Under the pieces are notes generated by a model. The model saw only the letters and a program-made list of their open reading frames with translations, was not told the origin of the DNA and searched no databases. A program made the translations under genes and the position numbers. This document shows positions 28,198 to 38,393 of a stretch of DNA of 56,249 nt, piece after piece. The DNA comes from Bacteroidales bacterium (GTDB lineage: Bacteria; Bacteroidota; Bacteroidia; Bacteroidales; UBA4181). Where the stretch lies: assembly GCA_031551455.1 (NCBI GenBank), contig JAVBNP010000007.1, forward strand, positions 1 to 56,249. The letters are read 5' to 3'. Position 1 is the stretch's first letter. The number at the start of each line of letters is the position of its first letter.

Positions 28198-30162
28198 TTA
28201 CCAACCGGGATTTTGCCATGAGTTGCCGGTTATTTCTTCCAATCGCGTGGCTTCATCCCGCGGAATGGGTTGCAACAAATATTTGTTGGTATAGCATTCG
28301 CGCGGCGCTTCGCGAACAAGTCGGCGAGTATACGTATGTGATGTATGATTTTTGGCGGGCGAAACATCGACGATTTCCATCGCGGAAAGCCATTTATCGG
28401 TTGCGCGAAGATCCTTATCGCTTCCTTTTTCGGTCCATCGACGTGTGTCGAAATAACGAGTTTCTTCGAATCCCAGTTCGATGCGACGTTCTTGGCGAAC
28501 ATATTGTCGCATTTCCGTTTGATCGTTCGGGTTCGAAGGTGCAATAGCGGGCATGGCCGATCGGCTTCGTATCTCGTTAAGCAAGGGTACGGCTTCGTTT
28601 GGGTGACCCGATTCGACAGCCAACTCCGCAACGTCGAGAATTATTTCGCTCAGTCGGAATAACTTCCAACCCGGTGCGTAATAGGTTAAATCTTGTTCTC
28701 CTTCCGTGGGATGCAGAAATTTCTGAGAATAATATCCCGTACGGGTATACGCACGATATGCATCGCTGTTGCCCGGACGGATACCCGTCAGTTGATCGTC
28801 CTTATCCGTCCAAATAGTCATCCATGTATTGTTCTTGACGATAAATCGTTTGGAACCGTTGTAATATACGGTGGCATAAAAACGGGGATCTCTGTTTTTG
28901 TAGGGATTCGTTTCGTCGTACAACGGTCGCGTATTAGCCATACCATTGTAATTGTATGTCAACGCGGCGGGATTGTAATTCGGAAAAAGATGCGTTGGTT
29001 CGCCGGTATCGTTATACGGTTGTTCCGACTTTAAAACGGTGTGCGCAATCGTTCCGTCGGTTACTTCGAAAGCATCCACATACTCTTGAGTGGGACATGC
29101 GCCGCATTTGTATTTGCCCAAAAACGAATTGACTAACCACTGGCGGTCTTGTTTCACCTGATGCTGCCAAATCGTTTCTTTGTCGCGCGGATTGGGCGAG
29201 TAATCGACTTCGTTGCAGAAGTATTCCTTGAATGCACCCGCGGCATTGATCAACGCTTGTTTGTTGGGGCCGTCAAGCACATCTTGATACGGATCGGTAT
29301 AAACAGCTCCCGGCGTAACGGTATTACCCGCATTGTATAATTCGTAACCGTTGCTTCTCAAATTTTGCAACGATTGTTTGTTGATTTGATACGCTTCTTC
29401 CTTCGTGTACGTACCGTCGTCATAACGGGGGCTGACGGCGTAAAGCACGGCCTTTGATTTAATCGCTTCGGCTACGGCTTTCGTTATGCGCATTTTTTCG
29501 GCTTCGGTGGTGATTCTCCACGGCAACGCATTTGCCGCCAATGCCGCATCACAATCCGCCGCGATAAATTTGACGATTTCTCCGTAAGATGCTTGTTTCA
29601 ACATCGAAAAATCCTGATTGACTTCGTAAGGATCTTTATCGACGGGAAACGATGCTCCGTACCACTTGAGAAGTTCCATGTAATAATATGCTCTCAATAC
29701 ATGCGCTTCCGCTTTCCAACGTTCTCTGTCGGAAGCGCTGTTTACCGTCGCGTTGTCGATACGGCTCAAAAAATAAGAACAATCCCGTATGGCTGTCCAA
29801 TAATACTTCCAATAAGTTCCGAGACGCTTGTTGGTCGAAGGCATGTCTTCGTACAACGGATTTCCGCCGGCCGATACGTTGCCGTTGTAATATTGCACCA
29901 CGCGAAGGCCCGCGCAATCATCCGCATCCCATGCATCATCGGACAACGTGGTGGGAACGGAGGTGGAAAAATAATACCAATTTCCTTTAGCGGGAACGTA
30001 ACTGTAACATGTGTTCAGATAAGCGGCCACTTTGTCGTTGTCGGCAAATATCTGGTCGTACGTCAATATTCCGTCCGGCGACATATCCAACACGTCGGTG
30101 CATGCCGAAAAGACAACGACGGAACCGAAAATGATTATAATAAAGAAAAGTATTCGTTTCAT
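28198..30162 (-). CDS. susD: RagB/SusD family lipoprotein (first pair)
   Basis: Lipobox FSAC, EAHVLRAYYY, RDPRFYA, FRLSEIIL..AE, ERRIELGFEETRYFDTRRW, QNPGW. Confidence 0.95.
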   Translation of the reverse strand: MKRILFFIIIIFGSVVVFSACTDVLDMSPDGILTYDQIFADNDKVAAYLNTCYSYVPAKGNWYYFSTSVPTTLSDDAWDADDCAGLRVVQYYNGNVSAGGNPLYEDMPSTNKRLGTYWKYYWTAIRDCSYFLSRIDNATVNSASDRERWKAEAHVLRAYYYMELLKWYGASFPVDKDPYEVNQDFSMLKQASYGEIVKFIAADCDAALAANALPWRITTEAEKMRITKAVAEAIKSKAVLYAVSPRYDDGTYTKEEAYQINKQSLQNLRSNGYELYNAGNTVTPGAVYTDPYQDVLDGPNKQALINAAGAFKEYFCNEVDYSPNPRDKETIWQHQVKQDRQWLVNSFLGKYKCGACPTQEYVDAFEVTDGTIAHTVLKSEQPYNDTGEPTHLFPNYNPAALTYNYNGMANTRPLYDETNPYKNRDPRFYATVYYNGSKRFIVKNNTWMTIWTDKDDQLTGIRPGNSDAYRAYTRTGYYSQKFLHPTEGEQDLTYYAPGWKLFRLSEIILDVAELAVESGHPNEAVPLLNEIRSRSAMPAIAPSNPNDQTEMRQYVRQERRIELGFEETRYFDTRRWTEKGSDKDLRATDKWLSAMEIVDVSPAKNHTSHTYTRRLVREAPRECYTNKYLLQPIPRDEATRLEEITGNSWQNPGW

Positions 30163-30174
30163 GATTTTATTGTC

Positions 30175-33100
30175 TTAAAAAGTGGCACTTATTCCGAAAT
30201 TGTACATTTTGGTCATCGGATATACAATCCCGCTCAAATTCGCCGTCGGCGAAAACGATTCGGGATCCAACGTATTCATTTTCAACTTATCCCAAGTGAT
30301 CAAGTTCTGACCGCTGACATAAATGCGAATATTGCTCATTTTCAAATACCTGATCCATTTTTCGGGGAAGGTGAATCCGATCTCCGCATTTTTCAATCGG
30401 AGAAAGGATCGATCCATCACGAAAAAGCTGTTTGCCGTGTGATTGGGTCCGGAAGTCAAATGCAATGCGGGATATGTAATTTCGGCACCGCTCTCGTAAC
30501 GTTCCTTCGTCCATGCGGTTCGGTGGTAGTCGAAATAATTACCGCTGTACAACGTCTCGTAAACGCCTTCGTTGGAATAACACATGCTCGTTCCGCCCAA
30601 TCCTTGAAAAAGAACCGAAAAATCGAACCACTTGTACGTAGCACCCAAGGAAAGGCCGTACGATATTTCGGGGATCATTGTTTTTCCCAACGGAACTTGA
30701 TCTTTTTCATTGACAACTCCGTCTCCATTTTGATCGACGTATTTGAAATCGCCCAATCCGTATTTGCCGAATCCGTAAGTGATTTGATTGCCGTTTTTAT
30801 CGACGTATTTGTCGATTTCTTCCTGCGTATTGAGATAACCGTTGCCGTTGCCGTAATCGATTTCGTACCCGAAAATCGTTCCCAACGGATAACCCGTTTG
30901 ACGATACCTATACACATTATCTTCAGCAAGTTGCGGTTCATCCATAAAAATTACTTTATTTTTGGCGTAGCCGAGATTACCTTTCACGAAAACAAGAAGA
31001 TCCGAATTAATTCGTTTGTTGTAACCGATTTCGATTTCAAACCCGTGATTATCTACTTTTCCCATGTTGTATCGGGGAATATTCTTCAATTCGACCCCCT
31101 GCAATTCCGGAATCTTGTTCCGACCAATCAATATCCTCTCCCTTTTTTCGAGAAAATAATCAAAACTCAAATCGAGGCTGTTGAATAATTGAATGTCGAT
31201 CCCGTAATTTTGCTTGGTTGCCGCTTCCCATCCCACATCCATGTTTCCGAGCATCCCTTCGTTTATGTAATGTCCGTTGGACAAACTACCCAAAAAGAAT
31301 TCTCCATAACTTCCATTAGTATTTCTGTCTTGGTAATACATCTTATCCAAATACAAAAAACGATCATCACCCATTTTATCGTTTCCGACTTTACCGTACG
31401 ATCCTCTTATTTTAAGCCCGGACACATACGGCAACAACGGTTTGAAGAACGCTTCATTGCTTACGCGCCATCCCAAGGAAACCGCGGGAAAGAATCCGAA
31501 ACGTTTGGTCGGTGTAAACTGTTCCGAACCATTGTATCCCATATTAAATTCGCCCAAGTACCGATCATCGTACGAATAGGTAACGCGGCCCACCAAACCC
31601 AATACATTATAAGGTAATTCGATAGGATTTGCCGACTCCCAATTATCACGCTGTGCCAACAACAATCCTCCCACCCTGTGTTTCTCGGCAAAAGTGCGCG
31701 AATAATTCAATGAGGCTTGAAGATTTATGTTATAGCGATAACCGGCAATTTTCGATATCCCCATCGTTCCTTTGCTCATATTGGTCGAAAATACGGGTTG
31801 GCTTTCGTCACCGACGGTGAGAATTCGCGCAATGTACTGTTGTGCACCGATATGCGCATTCATCACGGTTGAAGAATAGCTGTCGAACGACACCATTCCT
31901 TTGAGTGAAAGGCCTTTGGTTAGAAACGACATATCCCACTCCATCCCGTACGATCCGTTGAAATTCATTCGCGTATCGTTGCGATATCCCGATCTGTTGA
32001 CAATTTCGTATCCCGATCGCAAAAGATTATCAAATTTAATAACTTCGCCGGCCGGAGTGGTGGTACCTTTCATCGCAATGGTGGTAGGTCCCATTTCAAA
32101 CGGGCGTGAATATTGCAGTGAACGGAAGACATCCGACATCATTTCGTTTGCACTGTTAGTTGGATCATCTCCGTAATTTTTTGTACTCGGCATGGCCACT
32201 TTCTCTATGTAGCTGCCCATGTTCAGAAACGCCTTTAAACTGCGAGCTAACTTATAGTCGACGTTTGCCCTGAATCCGTAACGATCCATCCGAACTTGAG
32301 GATCATACTCCAAATCCTTCTCTATTTTGAATTGTCCTCCCTGGTGGATATATGAAACATTGACGAAATACTGCATCCGTTCGGTACCTCCGCTCATATT
32401 AACGCTTGCTCTGGTTTGCGGCGCAAAACGACGCATCATCTCGCCGTAATAAAAATGACTCGGATACATGTATTGTTCGAGCGCGGTTTTATTCGATTTG
32501 GTATATTTTGCGATTTCTTCGTCCGAATAAATGATCGGAAGGTTATCATTTAGTGAAGCTTCATTTTTGAGCCGCATGTAATCCCACGAATCCAACCGTT
32601 GAGGTTCTCTGGTAAAGGATTGAAGCGATGTTTCCAAGTTGACCGACAATTGCATCTTGCCGACCTCGCCTCGTTTGGTGGTGATCAGAATCGCTCCGTT
32701 GGCGCCCCGAACACCAAAAACGGCCGTGGCCGAAGCGTCCTTGAGAACCGATATTGATTCGATTTCGTTGGGATCCAGGACTCCCATATTGTCCCGAGGC
32801 ACCCCGTCAATCAAAATTAAGGGGTCCGAAGAGTTGGTTGTAGCCGCTCCGCGGAGATACATTCTCGCATTATCGTTGCCCGGTTGCCCCGAACTTTGAA
32901 CGGAGGAAAGCCCGGAAATGCGTCCCGCAAGGGCATTATTTAAATTGGCGGCGGAACTTTTTTTCAGATCTTTGGTTTGAATGGACGATATGGCTCCCGT
33001 TACCGATTCTTTTTTCTGTGCTCCGTAAGCCACGATCACCACTTCGTCCAATTTTTGCTCCGCGGGCTCCAATAATATGTTGAACGACGATTTTCCTTCA

Positions 33101-33624
33101 ACACTCACATATTCGGTTTTATAACCGATGTACGATATTTTCAATCGACCGTTCTCGGGAACTTCGAGTGAAAAGACCCCGTTGATGTCCGATACCGTCC
33201 CGGTGGTTGTTCCGTCGATGAGTACGTTGGCGCCGATGGCCGGCAGCCCTTCGTTATCCGTAATGACGCCCGAAACTTTTTTCTTCTTTGCGGGAGCCGG
33301 TTTATCGCTGCCGGGCTTTTTTGAAATGTATACTTGATTTCCGTCGATGACGAATTTGCTCGAACTGTCCTTGAATAATATTTCCAGAACTTTCGACAAT
33401 GGTTGATCCTTCAAGTCGATGGTTACCTTTCGGTTAAGATCGACATCTTGGTCGGAATAAAAGAAATATACCTTACTTTTTTCTTCGATAACGGTTAAAA
33501 TTTCCTTAACCGTTTTGTTTTCTTCTCGTATGGTTAAACCGGGAGTTTGTGCATATCCCGTATTTGCAAGCGCCTGTATGAAAACAACCATTAACAGGCA
33601 CGTTATGCGTGACATTTGGGTCAT
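30175..33624 (-). CDS. susC: SusC/RagA TonB-dependent transducer with STN signalling domain
   Basis: STN-like N-terminus (EILTVIEEKS.VYFFY), carboxypeptidase-like domain (GANVLIDGTTTGTVSDINGVF), plug LKDASATAVFGVRGANG, terminal FGISATF. Confidence 0.95.
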   Translation of the reverse strand: MTQMSRITCLLMVVFIQALANTGYAQTPGLTIREENKTVKEILTVIEEKSKVYFFYSDQDVDLNRKVTIDLKDQPLSKVLEILFKDSSSKFVIDGNQVYISKKPGSDKPAPAKKKKVSGVITDNEGLPAIGANVLIDGTTTGTVSDINGVFSLEVPENGRLKISYIGYKTEYVSVEGKSSFNILLEPAEQKLDEVVIVAYGAQKKESVTGAISSIQTKDLKKSSAANLNNALAGRISGLSSVQSSGQPGNDNARMYLRGAATTNSSDPLILIDGVPRDNMGVLDPNEIESISVLKDASATAVFGVRGANGAILITTKRGEVGKMQLSVNLETSLQSFTREPQRLDSWDYMRLKNEASLNDNLPIIYSDEEIAKYTKSNKTALEQYMYPSHFYYGEMMRRFAPQTRASVNMSGGTERMQYFVNVSYIHQGGQFKIEKDLEYDPQVRMDRYGFRANVDYKLARSLKAFLNMGSYIEKVAMPSTKNYGDDPTNSANEMMSDVFRSLQYSRPFEMGPTTIAMKGTTTPAGEVIKFDNLLRSGYEIVNRSGYRNDTRMNFNGSYGMEWDMSFLTKGLSLKGMVSFDSYSSTVMNAHIGAQQYIARILTVGDESQPVFSTNMSKGTMGISKIAGYRYNINLQASLNYSRTFAEKHRVGGLLLAQRDNWESANPIELPYNVLGLVGRVTYSYDDRYLGEFNMGYNGSEQFTPTKRFGFFPAVSLGWRVSNEAFFKPLLPYVSGLKIRGSYGKVGNDKMGDDRFLYLDKMYYQDRNTNGSYGEFFLGSLSNGHYINEGMLGNMDVGWEAATKQNYGIDIQLFNSLDLSFDYFLEKRERILIGRNKIPELQGVELKNIPRYNMGKVDNHGFEIEIGYNKRINSDLLVFVKGNLGYAKNKVIFMDEPQLAEDNVYRYRQTGYPLGTIFGYEIDYGNGNGYLNTQEEIDKYVDKNGNQITYGFGKYGLGDFKYVDQNGDGVVNEKDQVPLGKTMIPEISYGLSLGATYKWFDFSVLFQGLGGTSMCYSNEGVYETLYSGNYFDYHRTAWTKERYESGAEITYPALHLTSGPNHTANSFFVMDRSFLRLKNAEIGFTFPEKWIRYLKMSNIRIYVSGQNLITWDKLKMNTLDPESFSPTANLSGIVYPMTKMYNFGISATF

Positions 33625-33752
33625 AGGCTGAGTGTGTGTTTGGTTTACCTACTATGTTATCTTCAATAATTTGTATTTGCGAATTCGATGCGATTTATTC
33701 TATGCTTATGTTGACATGATTGATGGTTTTATGGTATTTACTATATTGATTA

Positions 33753-34943
33753 CTACTCAAAATTGATCAAGTATTCATTGTTTTCCACGACGCAGTTCAT
33801 GGCGGCAACTTCAGACAAGCCTTTCAGTAATTGTCCGAAATCGTCTTTCAGAACCAACTTTCCCGAACAGGTCATACCCGACGGAGAGGACGCTAATTTG
33901 ATGGTTACGTTGTAATAGCGTGACAATCGACGCAAGACATTTTCAACGGATTCATTCCTAAAGACATAAACTCCGGAATGCCATGAAACGTAGCTTTCCA
34001 CATCCACATTTTTTACCGTACCGACCTGATCCGTGTAAGTATACATCTGATTGGGTCGTAACAATGTTGCAGTACCAACTTCAGGTTGAACATTTACGGT
34101 ACCGTTTACCAATACCACTTGGGCTTGTTTTTCCTCTTTATAGGCGGATAAATTAAACGCCGTTCCGAGCACTCGTACCTCTATGGTGTTGGTCTTTACG
34201 ATGAACGGACGATTTGCGTCGTGAAACACTTCGGCATAAATTTCCCCTTCCGCAAAAATTTCGCGTTTATCTTCGGCAAAAATCGAGGGATATGTAACCG
34301 TTGATCCCGAATTCACCCAAAGCGAGGTGCCGTCAGGCATTTTCAAGAAAGCTCTTTTGCCGTACGGAACACGCAGTTGATATTTCTGCGGAACATTTTC
34401 GGTTTCGAGAGCAACCGCTTCCCGATTGACTTTCATTTTCCCGCTTTTATCGTATTCAATATCCGCTTCGGAACCGTCGACATCTACCACAACATCATCC
34501 GCAACCAATTGTATTTGACCTGTTGACGGAACAGGATTGATGACATTTTCGTAAATAATCTCCGATGATGATCCGATTTGAGGACTATCGCTTGTTTTCA
34601 ACACCGTGAACAACGAAATTCCCGATATTGCCGCGATAAAACATGCCGCCGCCGCATAACGAAAAATACGAAGCCTCCTTCTTTTTAATTCGTTTCTTCG
34701 GTTGGTTTCGATAATCCGTCTCCATACCATGCGAATTCGTTTATCGGAAACATCCGGTTTGCTTTCGCGCAACTCATTAAGGATGGTACAAGCAGCATTA
34801 AATTCCGTTTCGTTTATCTTTTTCCGACGAAGAAGCGATTTCCAAAATTTCTCGCTTTCCGCGGTGGGATAAAGTATTGTTTCGACGAAATAATCGTCGA
34901 TCAAGTAATCTTCGGCTTTATAAGATTCGTACTTTACGGACAT
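33753..34943 (-). CDS. FecR-family anti-sigma factor
   Basis: TM helix (YAAAACFIAAI), VPYGKR...DGTSLWVNSGS, GEIYAEV, VLGTAFN, SWHSG. Start moved from 35045 to ATG 34943 (MSVKYESYKAED). Confidence 0.92.
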   Translation of the reverse strand: MSVKYESYKAEDYLIDDYFVETILYPTAESEKFWKSLLRRKKINETEFNAACTILNELRESKPDVSDKRIRMVWRRIIETNRRNELKRRRLRIFRYAAAACFIAAISGISLFTVLKTSDSPQIGSSSEIIYENVINPVPSTGQIQLVADDVVVDVDGSEADIEYDKSGKMKVNREAVALETENVPQKYQLRVPYGKRAFLKMPDGTSLWVNSGSTVTYPSIFAEDKREIFAEGEIYAEVFHDANRPFIVKTNTIEVRVLGTAFNLSAYKEEKQAQVVLVNGTVNVQPEVGTATLLRPNQMYTYTDQVGTVKNVDVESYVSWHSGVYVFRNESVENVLRRLSRYYNVTIKLASSPSGMTCSGKLVLKDDFGQLLKGLSEVAAMNCVVENNEYLINFE

Positions 34944-34960
34944 ATTCCAACCGGTTTTGA

Positions 34961-34992
34961 TATATAGTATCGGAATTGATTTTTTGGTACTC
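34961..34992 (-). promoter_or_regulatory. Candidate promoter for the PUL ECF sigma factor
   Basis: Minus strand GAGTAC-N17-TACTATATA just upstream of the fecR start; position fits, sigma assignment is inference. Confidence 0.4.
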
Positions 34993-35166
34993 ACTTTTTT
35001 GTTCTTTTTTTGTTCTTTTTTTGATTTTTTTCGTAAAAAATTCATAACACAATTGTTCTAAAACAATTGAGCATAAAAAAATCCGTATGAATACATAAAT
35101 ATCATACGGATTTCGAAAACAATAATAGAATACGTCCGACGCCGAATTTGAAAGAATCGACAATCG

Positions 35167-35202
35167 AATCAGCCGATTTTACGGTGTAAAAATCGGTTGA
35201 TT
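35167..35202 (-). terminator. Hairpin at the sigma factor stop
   Basis: AATCAGCCGATTTT ... AAAATCGGTTGATT. Confidence 0.45.
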
Positions 35203-35812
35203 AATGTTGTTTTTTGCGTAAAAATATTTTGGCAAGGAAGAGCAGTATCATCATTTGCAATGCTCTCAATTTCTTGATTGCCCTGTGAATAAGATTTTTC
35301 ACGGACTGGTAGTTGATACCCATCAACGAAGCAATGTCCTCCACGGAAAGTCCGTCGACAAAACGGTAATACAAAACTTCGCGCTGCCGGATATTAAGTT
35401 CCGACATGAGACGTTTGACCCGCAATTCTTTTTCGTCGATGTTTTCTTTTTCCATCCACGTTTCCATATTGCTTCTTTCCTTTTGCCCATGCGAATCCGA
35501 ATCCGTCATTTCCGTATATACCGCTTCTTTTTTCAACAGAAAGAACAACCGATTTCTGAAAGCACCCATGATGTACAACTTCAGATTACGAATCTCGGCC
35601 AATTTTTCCCTGCGAATATAAATGTCCGTAAATACGTCGTGCACGGCATCTTCAATCAACGCCGGTTTTGCGCGCAACGAGAGTCCGAAAGCATATAAAT
35701 CCCTTGCATATAATTCGTATATTTTGGCAAAAGCGCCATCGTCGCCTTCCAAAAAATCATGAAGCAGGCGATGATTGTCCGAGTGGTCAAATATGTTTTT
35801 TTTATGCTTCAT
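35201..35812 (-). CDS. ECF sigma-70 factor
   Basis: GD..AF..IY, EDAVHDVF, RQREVLYYRF.DGLS.EDIA.LMGINYQSVKNLIHRA; hydrophobic C-tail; adjacent to fecR-susC. Confidence 0.95.
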   Translation of the reverse strand: MKHKKNIFDHSDNHRLLHDFLEGDDGAFAKIYELYARDLYAFGLSLRAKPALIEDAVHDVFTDIYIRREKLAEIRNLKLYIMGAFRNRLFFLLKKEAVYTEMTDSDSHGQKERSNMETWMEKENIDEKELRVKRLMSELNIRQREVLYYRFVDGLSVEDIASLMGINYQSVKNLIHRAIKKLRALQMMILLFLAKIFLRKKQH

Positions 35813-36177
35813 GACAACATTTACGAAATCGACTGCCGGTTATATTCGAGAATTACGCTAAATTGATGCTCATTGTCGTCCGATATTCAAATATTCGGTT
35901 CTCGAATGAAACACCTTTATTTTGATAAGGTTTTACTTCTCAATAAAAAGATCGTTTATTTTTTATGACCGGATTTTATTTCAAACATTTTTCCCGGAAA
36001 CAAAAATCGATCCGAACCGATAACGCGGGATAATCGAATTAATTGCCGTTATGATATTTTTCCGGTAATACACGGACAAAACGGGCTATCTTCCGCTTGA
36101 TCACTATTTTATTCGAAAACAAAACCAAAAAAATGTCGGCTGATTAATCCCATGAAAATACGATTTCGAATTTGTCC

Positions 36178-36810
36178 TTATCGAATAAAATTCATGAATA
36201 CTTTTCCCGTTGGTTGAGGCGGTTGAATATCAATGCCGGCTTGTTTTGTTTTCAGCAACCATGCCATGTTCGCTCCCAATACCCGCATGATCTGCAAGCC
36301 CTCCGAGTCCTGCTCGGCTTCCCCTTCCTGCATGCCGTGTATAATGTTCCAATAATTGGATGAAACCACCACCATTTCGGAAATGGTTAAATAATGGTTT
36401 AAGCTGTCCAACGTTATCGAACCACCCGAACGACGAAGTGCAACAACCGCGGCGCCGACTTTATGACGCATTTGATTGCCGTTTGCACCGGAAACATAAA
36501 ATACCCTGTCGAGAAAACATTTCATGGTACCGGCAATACCCGAATAATAAACGGGAGAACCGAGAATAATTCCGTCTGCTTCTGTCACGGCGGGAAGATA
36601 GTGATTCAAATCGTCATTACGTACGGCACATTTACCGTCTTGATTTTTGAAACATTGTCGGCAAGCAATGCAACCACGAATATTCTTATTCCCGATATGC
36701 AAAATCTCGAAGTCGATTCCTTCGTCGATTAATATCTCTCCGATTGTTTTTAAAGCAAACCAAGTATTTCCTTTTTGTCGAGGGCTTCCGTTAATGGCAA
36801 TAACTTTCAT
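36178..36810 (-). CDS. Iron-sulfur flavoprotein / NADPH-dependent FMN reductase family
   Basis: INGSPR.KGNT, CX2CX2CX7C motif, GSPVYY, KVGAAV...RRSG. Confidence 0.9.
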   Translation of the reverse strand: MKVIAINGSPRQKGNTWFALKTIGEILIDEGIDFEILHIGNKNIRGCIACRQCFKNQDGKCAVRNDDLNHYLPAVTEADGIILGSPVYYSGIAGTMKCFLDRVFYVSGANGNQMRHKVGAAVVALRRSGGSITLDSLNHYLTISEMVVVSSNYWNIIHGMQEGEAEQDSEGLQIMRVLGANMAWLLKTKQAGIDIQPPQPTGKVFMNFIR

Positions 36811-37298
36811 GGGTGACGATGATTTATTTTCGATAATTTATTCGCAATAATTTTCAACCAATAAGCGTCCGTGTCGTCGAAATCGTTCAAACGATTACTG
36901 TCCACATCTAAAACGCCCGTTACCGACTCGTTTGATATTATCGGAACGACAATCTCCGACTTTGATTCACTGCTGCAGGCAATATGTCCCGGAAAAAGCG
37001 ACACATCAGGAACCACAACAACTTTTCGTTCCTTCCATGCGGTTCCGCAAACTCCTTTTCCGTATGCGATGCGAGTACATGCCACCGGCCCTTGAAACGG
37101 ACCCAAAACCAACATTTCATCTTTTACGGAATAAAATCCCACCCAAAAAAAATCAAATGTTTGTTTCAATGCTGCCGCCGTATTAGCCAAATTGGCAATT
37201 GGATCGGGTTCACCGTCGATCAATGCATCCATTTGCAAAATCAGATTCCGATATTTTTCTTCTTTCGAACCGAGGCTCAATACATTGAGATTTTCCAT
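36807..37298 (-). CDS. msrC: GAF-domain free methionine-(R)-sulfoxide reductase
   Basis: NLAN, WVGFY, LGPFQGPVACTRI, GVCGTA, FPGHIAC, SEIVVP, VLDVDS. Start at ATG 37298; 4-bp overlap with next gene. Confidence 0.88.
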   Translation of the reverse strand: MENLNVLSLGSKEEKYRNLILQMDALIDGEPDPIANLANTAAALKQTFDFFWVGFYSVKDEMLVLGPFQGPVACTRIAYGKGVCGTAWKERKVVVVPDVSLFPGHIACSSESKSEIVVPIISNESVTGVLDVDSNRLNDFDDTDAYWLKIIANKLSKINHRHP

Positions 37299-37598
37299 TG
37301 ATCTAAAACACAAATGTTACCATCCCCTACTAGTGACTTATATTCAACATATTAACAATAAAATTATTGTAAAATATATCAAATGTATCAAGGTATTATT
37401 ATGTCGCAAGTTTTATTTTTTGACAAATTTATAAACACTTTCCGTTTATTGATATCTATTTTGTAAAAATAAGAAACACAAAATATGGCTAAGTAAGCTT
37501 ATTTAACCAAATATTATCATTCGTTAATTTTTAAACAATCCGGTATCACCATACATGCCAATGATGTATCCGGGTCCGTTTAAATCTTACATTCTCTC

Positions 37599-37964
37599 CT
37601 ATCCTTTTCCCACAACCCTTTTCAAATAATCCCGCAAAACCAATGCATGATTCTCCGTCACATTTTTCGAAGCATACAACAAGGTAACCGTTTGCTTATC
37701 TTTTATTTTATCGATAAAATCCTTTACTGCCGACGACTCGGCCAACTCTTCCGTATATTTTTTCTCGAATTCCTTCCAACGACTCTCTCCGGCTTGATGA
37801 TACCATTGTCTGAGCGGCGTTGAAGGCGCTATATTTTTAGCCCAAAGGTCGTAATGGAACATCTCCTTTTTCATGCCTCTCGGCCAAAGCTTATCCGCCA
37901 AAACTCGAAACCCGTCCGATCGTTCCTCCGCATCGTAAACGCGCTTCACCTTTATTTGCGTCAT
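37599..37964 (-). CDS. DUF488 / YeaO family protein
   Basis: IKVKRVY, DGFRVL.DKLWPRG, IAPST.LRQWY, VTLLYA, NHALVL. Confidence 0.9.
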   Translation of the reverse strand: MTQIKVKRVYDAEERSDGFRVLADKLWPRGMKKEMFHYDLWAKNIAPSTPLRQWYHQAGESRWKEFEKKYTEELAESSAVKDFIDKIKDKQTVTLLYASKNVTENHALVLRDYLKRVVGKG

Positions 37965-37984
37965 ACCTTATCGTTTTTATACAC

Positions 37985-38009
37985 GACAAATATCAGCAGT
38001 TTTTTGTTC
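37985..38009 (-). promoter_or_regulatory. ECF-type promoter candidate GAAC-N17-TGTC
   Basis: Minus strand GAACAAAAAACTGCTGATATTTGTC, 20 bp upstream of the DUF488 start. Confidence 0.45.
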
Positions 38010-38393
38010 GACCGTTTCGGGGCAAAGACATTTTCGGAACATAATCGATTTTATGCCCAATAAGTGGCTTTACCTATTTTTATTCCTCATAATCAATTAT
38101 TTAAAATCAAAACAATTGATTCTAAAAACATTAATCACAATTACTTAATAATCAGAAGCTATTTAATTTTCCATTCATTTTTTAATATCATTTACAATCT
38201 TAAACTTAAAATATCATATTTCATATCGAAAAATAACATATTGTAATTAAAATACAATTTTTGCTTTAAAATAAAAACATATATTCATTTTTATATTATT
38301 TTTTGATATTAAAATTGTCATTTTAGTAAAATATTATTTTTATTTGCAGTGTCATTTAATATCAAATCGTAACATAAAAATCATATTTTGGTT

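Noticed and set aside
29593-31188. 531-aa plus-strand ORF (also 26655-27878) antisense to susC/susD
   Set aside because: Shadow frames of well-supported genes with no recognisable motifs; codon bias of the real genes suppresses antisense stops.
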